IMG/VR virus record: IMGVR_UViG_3300032435_000001
Source of the DNA: a virus
Strand: one strand, 5' to 3'
Length of the DNA: 64,000 bases
Shown: positions 29,499 to 39,480 of the stretch, one piece after another
Numbering within the stretch: position 1 is the stretch's first letter
How the letters are laid out: every line of letters starts with the position of its first letter
Program-made: the position numbers and the translations under genes
The notes under the pieces: generated by a model
The model's database searches: none
What the model was told of the DNA's origin: nothing
What the model saw: the letters and a program-made list of their open reading frames with translations, nothing else

Positions 29499-30074
29499 TT
29501 AATTTAAAATTTTATTTTGCATCTCCTCTGATTCAATAAAGTCAATTATACTATCAACTTGGTAATCGGATTCGATATTTTCGTTATAACTAGTGTTTAC
29601 TTTAATTGAGATTTTATTCTCAGGTTTCAATTTCAACGCTTCTGGGTTTGCTGTGATTAATAAATCAATACCATCCCATTTATCTTCCAATTTCGTGACG
29701 AATTTAATCGTTTTAAAACTAGCGCCTAATTTAGATAAGAAGAATAAAGTTGATGGGATACTTTTACCAAACTCTTTTGATACCAATATAATCTCATGCT
29801 CACCCTCATCTTCAATGTCTAATATAAATTTATTTAATTTTGTAAATAAATTATCATGTGATTGGTCGGCCATACCAAAAATCTCTAACGATGCCTCAAC
29901 ATAAAGGAAATCATTAAGCCCATTATCCTTATCAAATTTAAAATACTTAGATAAATCAAAATCAGTCATTTCTAAATCCTTCAATTCCATTTCCTCAATG
30001 TATTTAGAATATGTGTAGACTAATTGACCAGTAAAATCTCTTAAAACATCGTTTAGTGTAATTCCTATTTTCAT
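29499..30074 (-). CDS. HAD-fold 5'(3')-deoxyribonucleotidase-like protein with degenerate catalytic motif
   Basis: MKIGITLNDVLRD (DxD replaced), IILVS, YNEN. Confidence 0.6.
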   Translation of the reverse strand: MKIGITLNDVLRDFTGQLVYTYSKYIEEMELKDLEMTDFDLSKYFKFDKDNGLNDFLYVEASLEIFGMADQSHDNLFTKLNKFILDIEDEGEHEIILVSKEFGKSIPSTLFFLSKLGASFKTIKFVTKLEDKWDGIDLLITANPEALKLKPENKISIKVNTSYNENIESDYQVDSIIDFIESEEMQNKILN

Positions 30075-30078
30075 ACTA

Positions 30079-30108
30079 AATATATAATTAAATTATGGTG
30101 TAAGTAAA
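30079..30108 (-). promoter_or_regulatory. Class II promoter (TTTACT...TATATT) for the HAD-GT-GT-sigma operon
   Basis: TTTACT 30108-30103 and TATATT 30084-30079 (18-nt spacer). Confidence 0.5.
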
Positions 30109-30110
30109 GT

Positions 30111-31046
30111 TTACCAAGTGAATTTTTTACGTATGTTGAAAATAAACGACTCGAATTTAGTAGGTATCACTACTTTAGTAGGTAACACCCCTTTAGGTGT
30201 GGCCCTTTCATTTAAATTAAGTTTCACAACTTTAGTTGGTTTCAAATTCTCAACATCATCTAAATCATACCTATCTAAAATCTTAGCTATTATAGCGTGT
30301 CTAACGATATCACCTTTTGTGAATTCAAAGAAATCAACTTCTGGTAAACCATTAAGAATTTTTATTACATGATACAAACCACTTTCATGGTAGTCCCTAA
30401 ATTTATCAGATTGTCTTAAATCACCAGTAATTATGAATTTTGAGTTATCACCAATTCTAGTTAAAAGTGTCTTCATTTGACTTTTAGTTAAATTTTGAGC
30501 TTCTTCTAAAACTAAAATTGTGTTATCGATAGTTTTACCCCTTAAAAACCCAATTGGTTCAACTTTAAGAATCTTACTATATTCTAATTCAAGTCTATTA
30601 TGGTAACCAACTAACTTATCAATAATGTCCATAGATGAAGCCAAATGTGGTTCTAACTTTTCTTTTAGATTACCTGGGATGAAACCTAGATTTTCTTCCG
30701 CTTCAACCGCTGGTTTAACTATAACTAAGTTATGGTATTTAGTTGGGTTGGTTTGTAATAAATTAATAGCCTTACCGATAGCAGTGTAACTCTTACCAGT
30801 ACCAGCTGGACCGTAAGCGATTAAAATATCCTTAACACCAATTAAATTGATAAAATCTTTTTGTTTAGAGTTTCGACACTTTAAATTTACCTTAGTAGGT
30901 AATATTTCATTAATCGTGCGAATTGTAAAATCCTTTTCGGGTAAATCTAAACTAGTTTCCTTTTTGGGTTTACGCTTATTGGACTCCCTAGTTGTAGATT
31001 TCGTTGTTGTAGAACTAATAGTTCCACTTTCTTTTTTTCTATTCAT
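30111..31046 (-). CDS. phoH: PhoH family ATPase
   Basis: GPAGTGKS, KPAVEAEENLGFIPG, FLRGKT, EEAQN, LTRIG, TGDLRQSD, DIVRH. Confidence 0.95.
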   Translation of the reverse strand: MNRKKESGTISSTTTKSTTRESNKRKPKKETSLDLPEKDFTIRTINEILPTKVNLKCRNSKQKDFINLIGVKDILIAYGPAGTGKSYTAIGKAINLLQTNPTKYHNLVIVKPAVEAEENLGFIPGNLKEKLEPHLASSMDIIDKLVGYHNRLELEYSKILKVEPIGFLRGKTIDNTILVLEEAQNLTKSQMKTLLTRIGDNSKFIITGDLRQSDKFRDYHESGLYHVIKILNGLPEVDFFEFTKGDIVRHAIIAKILDRYDLDDVENLKPTKVVKLNLNERATPKGVLPTKVVIPTKFESFIFNIRKKFTW

Positions 31047-31074
31047 AATTAAATCATATAATTTTTATAAAACT

Positions 31075-31103
31075 AATATAATTACACTTTATCGAGTAGT
31101 CAA
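31075..31103 (-). promoter_or_regulatory. Class II promoter TTGACT-N17-TATATT
   Basis: Exact layout upstream of phoH. Confidence 0.6.
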
Positions 31104-31105
31104 GT

Positions 31106-32053
31106 CTATTTAATAATTTTATTATCGTATTTAAACTCTAATGACTCATTTAGATACGCATTAGTCACATCCTCACCATTTATTAAGGCCCTAGCTTTAA
31201 ATTTAACAACGTAAAAACCATTGTAGCTAATTGTTTTATCATATTCAACAATTTCATACTCGTAATATAGGTTGTCATCACTACCAATCGTATTAGAGGA
31301 TAGGAAACTTATTTTATTAATAAAGAAAAAACTTAACTTAATACCCGTTAAAGCCTCTTTTAGTGATTTAATTAGGAAAACAGTTTTCCTATTACCATAA
31401 TCTGGGTATTTTGAGATGTACAACTCTAATAGGAAGTTACCGTCCTCCATGTCCCTAACAACCATTTTATCAGTGTAAGTTTCAAGATTAAAAATATCTA
31501 CGGAATCCCTATCAATTTTAATAGGTCTACAAGTTTTCACGTTAGAAACATAATTATCATTTGATAACACACCTAAATTATTTGGATTCAAAATATCGGT
31601 ATCACTATCGTATGGTTTATAAACCTTAGCATCAATTTCAGTGAAACCACCAAAATCTAAAGTCTCCTTAGTACTAAGAGTTATCTCACCATTATTAACC
31701 ACTAAAATAACTTTGTGGTTATCAAAATCATCAACCTTAACCTTATCTAATTTATGTCTATTAGTATTAGTGGTCTTAGTTATTGGTAGTCCATCTAAGT
31801 CATAACCAATGATTTGAGTTTTTAGATTAACACTTTTTTTAATAACCTTGTACATTCTCCACCTCAATTCCTTAACCTCCTCAGTTACCTCACCATTTAT
31901 TAAGGAATCTGACAACCTACCTTGTGAAAACCTATTATGAGAAGCATCTATTGAATCCATTGAATCCCCAGTGTTATTAATAGCATTACCCTGAACTTTA
32001 TTTAAAGCTAATGCAATCATACCTAATTTCCTTTTAAACCATTTTCCCATCAA
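31106..32053 (-). CDS. Hypothetical protein
   Basis: 315-aa ORF; GEVTEEVKELRWRMYKV. Confidence 0.7.
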   Translation of the reverse strand: MMGKWFKRKLGMIALALNKVQGNAINNTGDSMDSIDASHNRFSQGRLSDSLINGEVTEEVKELRWRMYKVIKKSVNLKTQIIGYDLDGLPITKTTNTNRHKLDKVKVDDFDNHKVILVVNNGEITLSTKETLDFGGFTEIDAKVYKPYDSDTDILNPNNLGVLSNDNYVSNVKTCRPIKIDRDSVDIFNLETYTDKMVVRDMEDGNFLLELYISKYPDYGNRKTVFLIKSLKEALTGIKLSFFFINKISFLSSNTIGSDDNLYYEYEIVEYDKTISYNGFYVVKFKARALINGEDVTNAYLNESLEFKYDNKIIK

Positions 32054-32965
32054 TTAATTTATTTACCATTTTGTTATAAAAATAACTTTTTATTATAGTT
32101 TCCACATTATCCAATTCACCCCAATAAAATTGTTTCCCTTTTAAGTGGGTTATGAATTGTTTATTTTCACCCTCTTTAAAATCTCGACTAGTTATACCTC
32201 TACCTAATGTTATAACATTATTAGTATAAATCAAGGATTCCAACAAAACGTTTGAGTTTATACCAATGATTTGCTCAGCGTATGGTAAATAGTGGTGAAC
32301 ATTCTCATATACTTCAATAAAACCTTCCCTATGTTTTAAATCACATTTACCCATGGGATGTTTTTTAAATAACACTTTCACATCACTACCCAATTTTAAA
32401 TTATCTTGAACATGTTGTAAAAACTCATCCATCTTTTAAAAGGTGAGTTTTGCGTTATATTAGTATCTTTTTCATCTTGTAAAGGAATGAATATAAACCT
32501 ACCATTATATAGTGGTGGTTTTATATAAGTTTTTTTAATCTCATTGAAACACTCCTCATTAAAAGGTGATAAGTCACAAGTAAGGTTTTCAGAATTACCA
32601 TTAACACCTTTAAAATCAAAAAATAATGTTTTGTAGTGGTCGAAAAAACCTAACTCAGCGAATACCATTTTTTCTTCTCCAAATTCTTTAATAATTTCCC
32701 TATCACCCTCACTACCCCCATTCCAAGTGAATACCCATTCTGGGTTAAACTTTTTAGCTTCACTTAGTTGAACCCCATTAACTAATATGGAGTTGAAATT
32801 ATTCTTATAAATTAATGGGTTTTTAGCTTCCGAATGATTCCATAATAAACATTCATGACCTAATTTTTCTAAAGTCCTAGCTAAGTTAGAGAATAACATA
32901 TTAATGAATTGCCATCTGTATGGTCTATCTAAATTGCCAACCCCTACATGGAATAATATTCTCAT
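32034..32965 (-). pseudogene. Capsule-synthesis (KpsS/KpsC-like) glycosyltransferase split by a one-base frameshift (ORFs 32396..32965 and 32034..32432)
   Basis: N-part FTWNG, FAELGF, D.KGVN, FIPLQDEKD; C-part KKHP, INSNVLLESL. One extra A in CCTTTTAAAAGATG gives ...SPFKKMDEF... Confidence 0.7.
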
Positions 32966-33429
32966 AACCTATCTTTGATTTTTTTCACTGGTACGCCACC
33001 CCAAATTTCATTTTTAGGGATATCTTTATTCACGAATGAATTAGCACCAATGATTGAATTATCATTAATTGTTGTATTATAACCAATAGTTATGTTGGCA
33101 CCTAACCATACATTATCACCAATTACGATATAACCTCTATCTAAAGGTTGTCCAACTAATGGTTTATCGTTAATTACATGTGATGATGTTATATATGATA
33201 TTCTAGGTCCTAATAAGGACCCGTTACCTATTTTTAGACTACCACTACACTGTATGAAGGAAAAGTAACCAATAACGCTATCTTTACCAATTCCTAACAC
33301 CCCATTTGACATCTCAATAATTGAATAATCTCTAATCTCACTACCAGCGGAAAGTATGACCTCACCACTACCAATAAAAATTACCGTTGATGCGATTTTA
33401 CCACCGTTATTTGTTATTTTTATAGCCAT
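32962..33429 (-). CDS. Hexapeptide-repeat (LbH) sugar O-acetyltransferase
   Basis: ITSSH, IGDNVWLGAN, IIGANSFVNKDIP.NEIWGGVP. Confidence 0.9.
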   Translation of the reverse strand: MAIKITNNGGKIASTVIFIGSGEVILSAGSEIRDYSIIEMSNGVLGIGKDSVIGYFSFIQCSGSLKIGNGSLLGPRISYITSSHVINDKPLVGQPLDRGYIVIGDNVWLGANITIGYNTTINDNSIIGANSFVNKDIPKNEIWGGVPVKKIKDRL

Positions 33430-34148
33430 TATAACCTTTTTATCTCTTTAAACGTTGGTTTTATCAGACTAATATTTAAATTAGGTTTAAGGTGGTGCTT
33501 GAAACCCATATCTACAAATTTATGAATATCCAACATACCATTTTCTTTTAAATATTCCTTACTTTTACCTTCGTAATGTATAATAGGCGAACTTAATATA
33601 TAAGCCATTTTATAACCACTGTCATACACATTTTGAAAAATGAAGTCATCACCACAATAAGTTCTTAGTGCGTGTGGTATAGGTTTGAATAAATCTCGCC
33701 TAATCGCATAGTCCCACCCTTGCATGTGTATATTATTTAACATCACTTCGTAACGTAATTCAGGTATCTCCTCACTAAAATTAGGGTGGTTAGTTGAGTG
33801 AACCGCAATACCAACATTGTTTTCCTTTTGAAATAACTCTATTGTGTCCTTAACAAAGTTATTACTGATTCTAACATCATTATTTAAGAAACATAATATT
33901 TCATCATCATATTTTTCATAGAACCAATTCCATACGTGGTTTAATGGGGTATTAACCTCATTTCTAACCACATCAATTTGTTTGAACTTAGAAACCAACA
34001 TATCAAGATATTCTTTAGTACCAAGTTCACTAGAATTTTGGTCAACTAGCGTTATTTTAAATGAGCTATAATTTTGATTTAATAAATCATTTATACAATC
34101 ATTTGTATAAGCTATGTTATTCAAGTTTACTACTAATATGTTAAGCAT
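33429..34148 (-). CDS. Glycosyltransferase family 2
   Basis: ILVVNLN, VDQNS, FLNNDV, YCGDD. Confidence 0.88.
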   Translation of the reverse strand: MLNILVVNLNNIAYTNDCINDLLNQNYSSFKITLVDQNSSELGTKEYLDMLVSKFKQIDVVRNEVNTPLNHVWNWFYEKYDDEILCFLNNDVRISNNFVKDTIELFQKENNVGIAVHSTNHPNFSEEIPELRYEVMLNNIHMQGWDYAIRRDLFKPIPHALRTYCGDDFIFQNVYDSGYKMAYILSSPIIHYEGKSKEYLKENGMLDIHKFVDMGFKHHLKPNLNISLIKPTFKEIKRL

Positions 34149-35022
34149 TAAAAGTTTCTTTATAAATTTTTATTATATCATCCACAACTAAAGAGCATTT
34201 GAATTTATCAACATCATACGGTATTGGTTCTAAACTGAAAGAGTTAATCTTACCATCCTTATTTATATCATACACCCAACCAGGCTTACCACATAACCAA
34301 CCCTCAATAGTTGTTCTACCTAATAATATCCCAGCTGTCTCATCACAACCTTTAAAGTATTTATCAACATCCCATGTTTGTGGGAAATGTTTAACGTGTT
34401 CATAACCTTTAGCTAAGTTTTTAACAAGAACACCATGTTCTTTACCGACTATCCATAACATATTACCATCATCGTGAGTTTTTTTAATCAAACTCACTAA
34501 CATAGGTTCCCTTAAAGTGTGAATAGACCCAACAAATAAAACTATTTTTTTTTCATTAATTTTATTTTCTTGATTATCAAGGTTAAACCTTTTATCATCT
34601 ATCGGGTTATAAATAACTGTAATTAACTCGTCAGGTACCCCATATTGGTTAATCAAATGTTCTTTAATTTTAGGTCTAATCGCTATGTATTTTTTAATCA
34701 TATCGTTAAAAATTGGTGCTTCTAAAGATATTAATTCAGAATGTATACCACACACTATTGGGGTGTTTACATATTTAGTAACTACATGTTTACAAACTAA
34801 CCCTTGATTAATGTGTAGTAAGTCAAATTCAACATCTGGGAGGTTATTTAACTGGTAAAGTTTAACACCATTATTCATAGCTTTTAAAGCTATATCCCCA
34901 CCAAAATTTGAGGCTACGCTAACATCAAAACCCCTCTCAATTAAACCTCTAGATAATTCATAAACGTATAATTCAGAACCAGTAAACGAATTAAAATTAA
35001 CACACGTTATCAGTATTCTCAC
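34141..35022 (-). CDS. Glycosyltransferase family 4-like
   Basis: TGSELYVYEL..GL, VIYNPID..RF, VLFVG, GRTTIEG. Confidence 0.85.
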   Translation of the reverse strand: MRILITCVNFNSFTGSELYVYELSRGLIERGFDVSVASNFGGDIALKAMNNGVKLYQLNNLPDVEFDLLHINQGLVCKHVVTKYVNTPIVCGIHSELISLEAPIFNDMIKKYIAIRPKIKEHLINQYGVPDELITVIYNPIDDKRFNLDNQENKINEKKIVLFVGSIHTLREPMLVSLIKKTHDDGNMLWIVGKEHGVLVKNLAKGYEHVKHFPQTWDVDKYFKGCDETAGILLGRTTIEGWLCGKPGWVYDINKDGKINSFSLEPIPYDVDKFKCSLVVDDIIKIYKETFNA

Positions 35023-36545
35023 TAGCCAAGATTTTTAATATATTTATGTAATTTCGTATTTTTAATCATAAAAGGTAATAATCGCTCTTTATAATCAATT
35101 TGGATTTTAGCCATAGCTTCTTTGGATTTACCTCTTGTGAAACTTTCATAGTGATAACAAACAGCGTTACCCACAAAGTAATTTTTTTTATTCATTAAAA
35201 GACATCTAAGATTTAGTTCAACATCCTCAAAACACTCGATATATCCCTCATTAAAACCACCTATAACGTTAAATAAATTTTTATTAATTAACACAAAGGC
35301 ACCTGTATTACCTATAACTTCAGATACATCCCCATAATTATAATTCGTGTCTAGACCTAAATGTGTGAACACTAACCCACCATTTTGGTCCACAAAACTT
35401 AAAATACCAGCATGTTGTATTTTATTATTCTCAAAATGTAATCTAGCACCAACAGTGCCAACATGGTTTTTTTCTTTTTGATGAATCCTAACCATATTTG
35501 TAATCGCATCATTAATCATCACAATATCATTATTACAAAATAATAACAATTCACAATCATCAGATAGGTGATTTTTAACAACATCATTATTTATTTTAGC
35601 GAAATTATAATAATCATATTTGATTAGTTTAACATTTCTACCAGGATTTGAGTCAATAAACTTCTCAATTTCATCAATTTCCATTTCACTTGAACCAGTG
35701 TCAGCGACTAATAATTCGAAATTTTTATATTTTGTTTTATCGTAAATAGAGTTTACGCAATTAAATAATAAATTAAGATTACCCTTTGTTGGGATAATAA
35801 TATTTATTTTAGGCTCTTTTTTAATACTATAAACTTTATCATTATAAAATATTTCACCCTTTATCCCCAAAGGTATATTATCGGACCATTTTTCAATAAA
35901 TTTAACTCTATTATCTTCCCATTGTTGATTTACTTGACCTATCGATTTATGGGTAATTCTAATGTCAAACATAACACCAACTTTACAACCATTAATATGA
36001 TTACCAAAGGTAAAATCTAAATCATAAAAATGGAATCCCTTAACATCAGAATTAAACTCATACTTTAACCTATCTTTTTTAACAGCGAAGAATAAACCAT
36101 CAACCACCACACTCTGTAGTACTTTACTTCCAAAACTATTAGAATATTTTGATTCCCATTTTTTACCTTTATGTTCGTGATTAACAATCCCCAATGTTAG
36201 ATTTTTTTGGTCCCACCACTTACCACTTTTAGTGATTGAGGTTGTACCCACAACACCTAACACACCAAAATCAGTATCCTCAAAATGTTTAACTAATCTT
36301 TTTCCCCAATTTTTAGTTTCTAATATGATATCATCATGACAAAACACCACGATATCATGTTTAGCGTTTTTTAATTCGCCACCATAAACATCGGTTAGTG
36401 ATTTACCACCATTAAACCATTTTGATGTTGGGTCTGTGTTATTAATAACTTCAATAATTTCATAATCTTTAACACCAATAGTATTTTTAAGATGTTTAAT
36501 AAATTCTGGTCTACTTTCTTTTGATGAGAATATTACACTTATCAT
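35022..36545 (-). CDS. Two-domain GT2 glycosyltransferase
   Basis: Domain 1 VFCHDDI, VDGLF, GFHFYDLD; domain 2 IIIPTK, DTGS, FCNNDI, VGARL, FEDVELNLR, HYES.TRG. Confidence 0.9.
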   Translation of the reverse strand: MISVIFSSKESRPEFIKHLKNTIGVKDYEIIEVINNTDPTSKWFNGGKSLTDVYGGELKNAKHDIVVFCHDDIILETKNWGKRLVKHFEDTDFGVLGVVGTTSITKSGKWWDQKNLTLGIVNHEHKGKKWESKYSNSFGSKVLQSVVVDGLFFAVKKDRLKYEFNSDVKGFHFYDLDFTFGNHINGCKVGVMFDIRITHKSIGQVNQQWEDNRVKFIEKWSDNIPLGIKGEIFYNDKVYSIKKEPKINIIIPTKGNLNLLFNCVNSIYDKTKYKNFELLVADTGSSEMEIDEIEKFIDSNPGRNVKLIKYDYYNFAKINNDVVKNHLSDDCELLLFCNNDIVMINDAITNMVRIHQKEKNHVGTVGARLHFENNKIQHAGILSFVDQNGGLVFTHLGLDTNYNYGDVSEVIGNTGAFVLINKNLFNVIGGFNEGYIECFEDVELNLRCLLMNKKNYFVGNAVCYHYESFTRGKSKEAMAKIQIDYKERLLPFMIKNTKLHKYIKNLG

Positions 36546-36567
36546 ATTTTTTTATAAATTTGACTTA

Positions 36568-36596
36568 AATATAATTAATTTAAAATTTAAAGTAAA
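36568..36596 (-). promoter_or_regulatory. Class II promoter TTTACT-N17-TATATT for the glycan operon
   Basis: Exact layout 22 nt upstream of the ATG at 36545. Confidence 0.6.
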
Positions 36597-36797
36597 TGTT
36601 AATTAAAAAAAGCCACATAAGGATATGTTGGTTTTAATTAGAATATGATAATAGTTTAATGTGGACCCAAACTAAATAACCCACCCAATAAATTAGATTT
36701 TATAAATGAAGTTTTTTTTAAAAAATAATCGTAAAACATTTTCTCATGTTTTTATGTTTTACATATTTTTTTTAATATTTATAACAAAGTAAAGTCT

Positions 36798-37046
36798 ATG
36801 CCTAAAAATTTTTTAAAAAGTGCTCAAGTCAACACTTACGAAGTAGATAAATCAAATATTTATGGTAAATCTATCGGTATCAGTAAAACCGTAAGTGGTT
36901 CTGGTACAGGTGGTACTGATAACCCCAATGGTTCCAATGGTTCCAATGGTATCGATGATAATAACATAACAAATGTACCATTTATTTTGACCGAAAATAA
37001 TTTTTATTTACTTCAAGAAAATGGTTTTAAAATTAATTTAATTTAA
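36798..37046 (+). CDS. Small virion-associated protein
   Basis: C-terminal ILTENNFYLLQENG.KI repeat; late motif upstream; precedes the fibre gene. Confidence 0.6.
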   Translation: MPKNFLKSAQVNTYEVDKSNIYGKSIGISKTVSGSGTGGTDNPNGSNGSNGIDDNNITNVPFILTENNFYLLQENGFKINLI

Positions 37047-37048
37047 AA

Positions 37049-39256
37049 ATGCCAAACTTAAAAATTAGTCAACTACCTACGGGTCAAATTAACCCACAAA
37101 CGTTAATACCAGTTGTCACCAATGGTGTAACTTCAAAAATTAATATTAATGAATTAATTAATTCGGTAATACAAGTCATAAATACCGATGGTTCTTCTGT
37201 TAATATAACATGGGAAGGGTTATGGTCAGAAAATACTACTTATTCGGTTAATAGTGTGGTTCAATACGATAATTCTTCTTATATATGTGTTTCACCTATT
37301 ACAAATACTAATAATAATGAAAATCCGAGTCCAAGTATGGATACAGTCAATTGGGCTTTATTAGCGTCACAAGGTATACAAGGTGTTCAAGGGGTGGAAG
37401 GTATACAAGGTATACAAGGTATCCAAGGCGTTGCAGAGGAGGTAACCGTAAAGACTCTTGGTTTTGTTTCGGGGGAATGGAGTGAGGCACCTTTTAAAAG
37501 GCCATTAATTTTTGATATAAACACAGTGATAACTGGTCAATTTGGTTCTCAATTTAAACTACCTTCAGAGAGTGTTGTAGGGAGAGAAATTATTGTTCAA
37601 AACCCAAACAATATACCTGCTGAAATATTCCCATTTAATAATGGGGTTACAATAACAAGTACGCAAGTAAGCGGTCAGTCTGACCGATATTCAATTGGTT
37701 TTAATGAAAGAATAAGATTTATTTATTTAGGTAACGATAATTGGCTTTCTGAATTTATAAATACGGTAGCTCCAATTGTTGTCACTCCTTTTGTGCCCGA
37801 AACAGAGGGTTCTCGTGATGCGGGTACTTTTGAACAAGCTGAAACTTCTGCTAAAATTATTAGAAACTTTACTAGGGTAAACTTAGAAAATGATATTTCC
37901 ACTTACGTAGGCCTTTCCGCTTTAAACGTAGCGGTTGGCTCAGTTTTTACTATTTTAAATAAAAGTCAAACAAGGGTTTTAAATGTTAGACTTTTGGATG
38001 ATGCTACGGTGTTAATGTCTAATGGGTCTTATTCAAACCCAATTTACGAAATACAACCAAATACCGCTTGTAAATTTACAATGTCAGAAACAACTAGTGG
38101 AAGTGAGAAACTTTATTTGACTGAAATAATATATCCTCTTGGTATAAACCCAGAGATAATAGTTGCTCCCGTAAAGACACTTGGCTTGGTTAGAGGTTTT
38201 AGTAATGTAGACCCTTTTAGAAGACCATTAATTTTTGATATAAACACAGTGTTAGCTGGTCAATTTGGTTCTGAATTTAAACTACCTGACCTAACTTTGG
38301 AGACTGATATAGGTAGGGAAATTATTGTTCAAAATAATGAAGTTGCACCTGCTGAAATATTCCCATTTAATGGTGGTGTTACAATAACGAGTACGCAAGT
38401 AAACGGTCAGTCTGACCGATATACAATTGATTTCAATCAAAGAATAAGGTTTATTTATCTAGGTAACGATACTTGGCTTTCTGAATTTATAAATACGGTA
38501 GCCCCAGTAGTCCCAGCAGTTATACCAAATAAAACAACAGGTGAAGTACAATTTTTAACATTTTCTGCTCAACCTTTACTTTTACCCTTTGATATAAATA
38601 CAGTAAATTCAAATGATGATGGTAATCAGTTTAGACTACCTTTGTTGCCAAATTCAGACATAGGAAGAGAAATAATTGTTCAAAATAGGGAAATAGGTCA
38701 AGTGTTTATATATACCACCAATGATACTCCTACAATTACCTCCGCTTTTATAGGGGGGAATTCAAATCAATACATTATTAAATTTAACGAAAGAATTAGA
38801 TTTATTTATTTAGGGAGTACAAATTGGCTTGCGGAAATTATAACTACAGTTGTCCCAGTTGCCCCTGTGACAAAAGTTCAAAAAACCACAATCACAGCTG
38901 CTCAAGTTTTACAGCTTTTCACAACGCCTATTGCGATATTAAATAGTGGTGTAGAGGGTAAATGGATATACCCTACAAATATTTACATAAAAAGAAATGT
39001 AGGTGATAGTTATATTTTAGCAACCAATACATTTAATATTATTAACGATTTTGGTGATAGTATAGGGGTTAATATTAATCCGAACCCACTAACGAGTAGT
39101 GCCGTTGGATATACTCAGCACAGCATAAATATCGCTCAAAATGTAATAGGAGGTGCATCAAATACTTTATATAGATTAAGTGCAAATACGGGAAACCCAA
39201 CTTTAGGTACGGGAACGTTAGATGTTTATGTGACTTATAATGAAATAACACTTTAA
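37049..39256 (+). CDS. Fibre/decoration protein: KISQLP anchor, CBM5/12-like module, short collagen stretch, repeated ~110-aa domains
   Basis: MPNLKISQLP, W.GLWSENTTY...VVQY..SSY.C, (GxQ)n, repeated FDINTV...REIIVQN...RIRFIYLG...WL.E. Confidence 0.7.
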   Translation: MPNLKISQLPTGQINPQTLIPVVTNGVTSKININELINSVIQVINTDGSSVNITWEGLWSENTTYSVNSVVQYDNSSYICVSPITNTNNNENPSPSMDTVNWALLASQGIQGVQGVEGIQGIQGIQGVAEEVTVKTLGFVSGEWSEAPFKRPLIFDINTVITGQFGSQFKLPSESVVGREIIVQNPNNIPAEIFPFNNGVTITSTQVSGQSDRYSIGFNERIRFIYLGNDNWLSEFINTVAPIVVTPFVPETEGSRDAGTFEQAETSAKIIRNFTRVNLENDISTYVGLSALNVAVGSVFTILNKSQTRVLNVRLLDDATVLMSNGSYSNPIYEIQPNTACKFTMSETTSGSEKLYLTEIIYPLGINPEIIVAPVKTLGLVRGFSNVDPFRRPLIFDINTVLAGQFGSEFKLPDLTLETDIGREIIVQNNEVAPAEIFPFNGGVTITSTQVNGQSDRYTIDFNQRIRFIYLGNDTWLSEFINTVAPVVPAVIPNKTTGEVQFLTFSAQPLLLPFDINTVNSNDDGNQFRLPLLPNSDIGREIIVQNREIGQVFIYTTNDTPTITSAFIGGNSNQYIIKFNERIRFIYLGSTNWLAEIITTVVPVAPVTKVQKTTITAAQVLQLFTTPIAILNSGVEGKWIYPTNIYIKRNVGDSYILATNTFNIINDFGDSIGVNINPNPLTSSAVGYTQHSINIAQNVIGGASNTLYRLSANTGNPTLGTGTLDVYVTYNEITL
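37448..38506 (+). repeat. Direct repeat of about 330 nt (37448-37774 and 38171-38506)
   Basis: Long identical runs, e.g. ccattaatttttgatataaacacagtg and tggctttctgaatttataaatacggtagc. Confidence 0.9.
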
Positions 39257-39273
39257 GATTTTAAGATTTTAAT

Positions 39274-39316
39274 AAAAAAAACTGCGAGAAACTTATGAAT
39301 CCCGCAGTTTTTTTTT
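39274..39316. terminator. Bidirectional terminator
   Basis: A8-ctgcg...cgcag-T9 between convergent genes. Confidence 0.7.
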
Positions 39317-39325
39317 ATGTTAAAA

Positions 39326-39475
39326 TTAAATAATAGATTTTAAGACATCCCCTTTTCTGTAAGCCATTACATCAAACGTAACTCCAAATGAGGAGTTATC
39401 ATTTCTAGTTTTGTGGATAAGTTTACCATTCATGTGAATGTAAGTCTCGTTATTTTTTTTTATAATCACTACCAT
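39326..39475 (-). CDS. 49-aa hypothetical protein (not in ORF track)
   Basis: MVVIIKKNNETYIHMNGKLIHKTRNDNSSFGVTFDVMAYRKGDVLKSII, starting 5 nt after the dut stop. Confidence 0.55.
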   Translation of the reverse strand: MVVIIKKNNETYIHMNGKLIHKTRNDNSSFGVTFDVMAYRKGDVLKSII

Positions 39476-39480
39476 AGCTT

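Noticed and set aside
36600-36775. tRNA or ncRNA in the largest intergenic gap
   Set aside because: No cloverleaf or T-loop motif; only weak AT-rich inverted repeats between divergent promoters
37448-38506. Possible DGR template/variable repeat pair
   Set aside because: Mismatches are not adenine-specific and include indels, both copies are in one ORF, and there is no reverse transcriptase in the window
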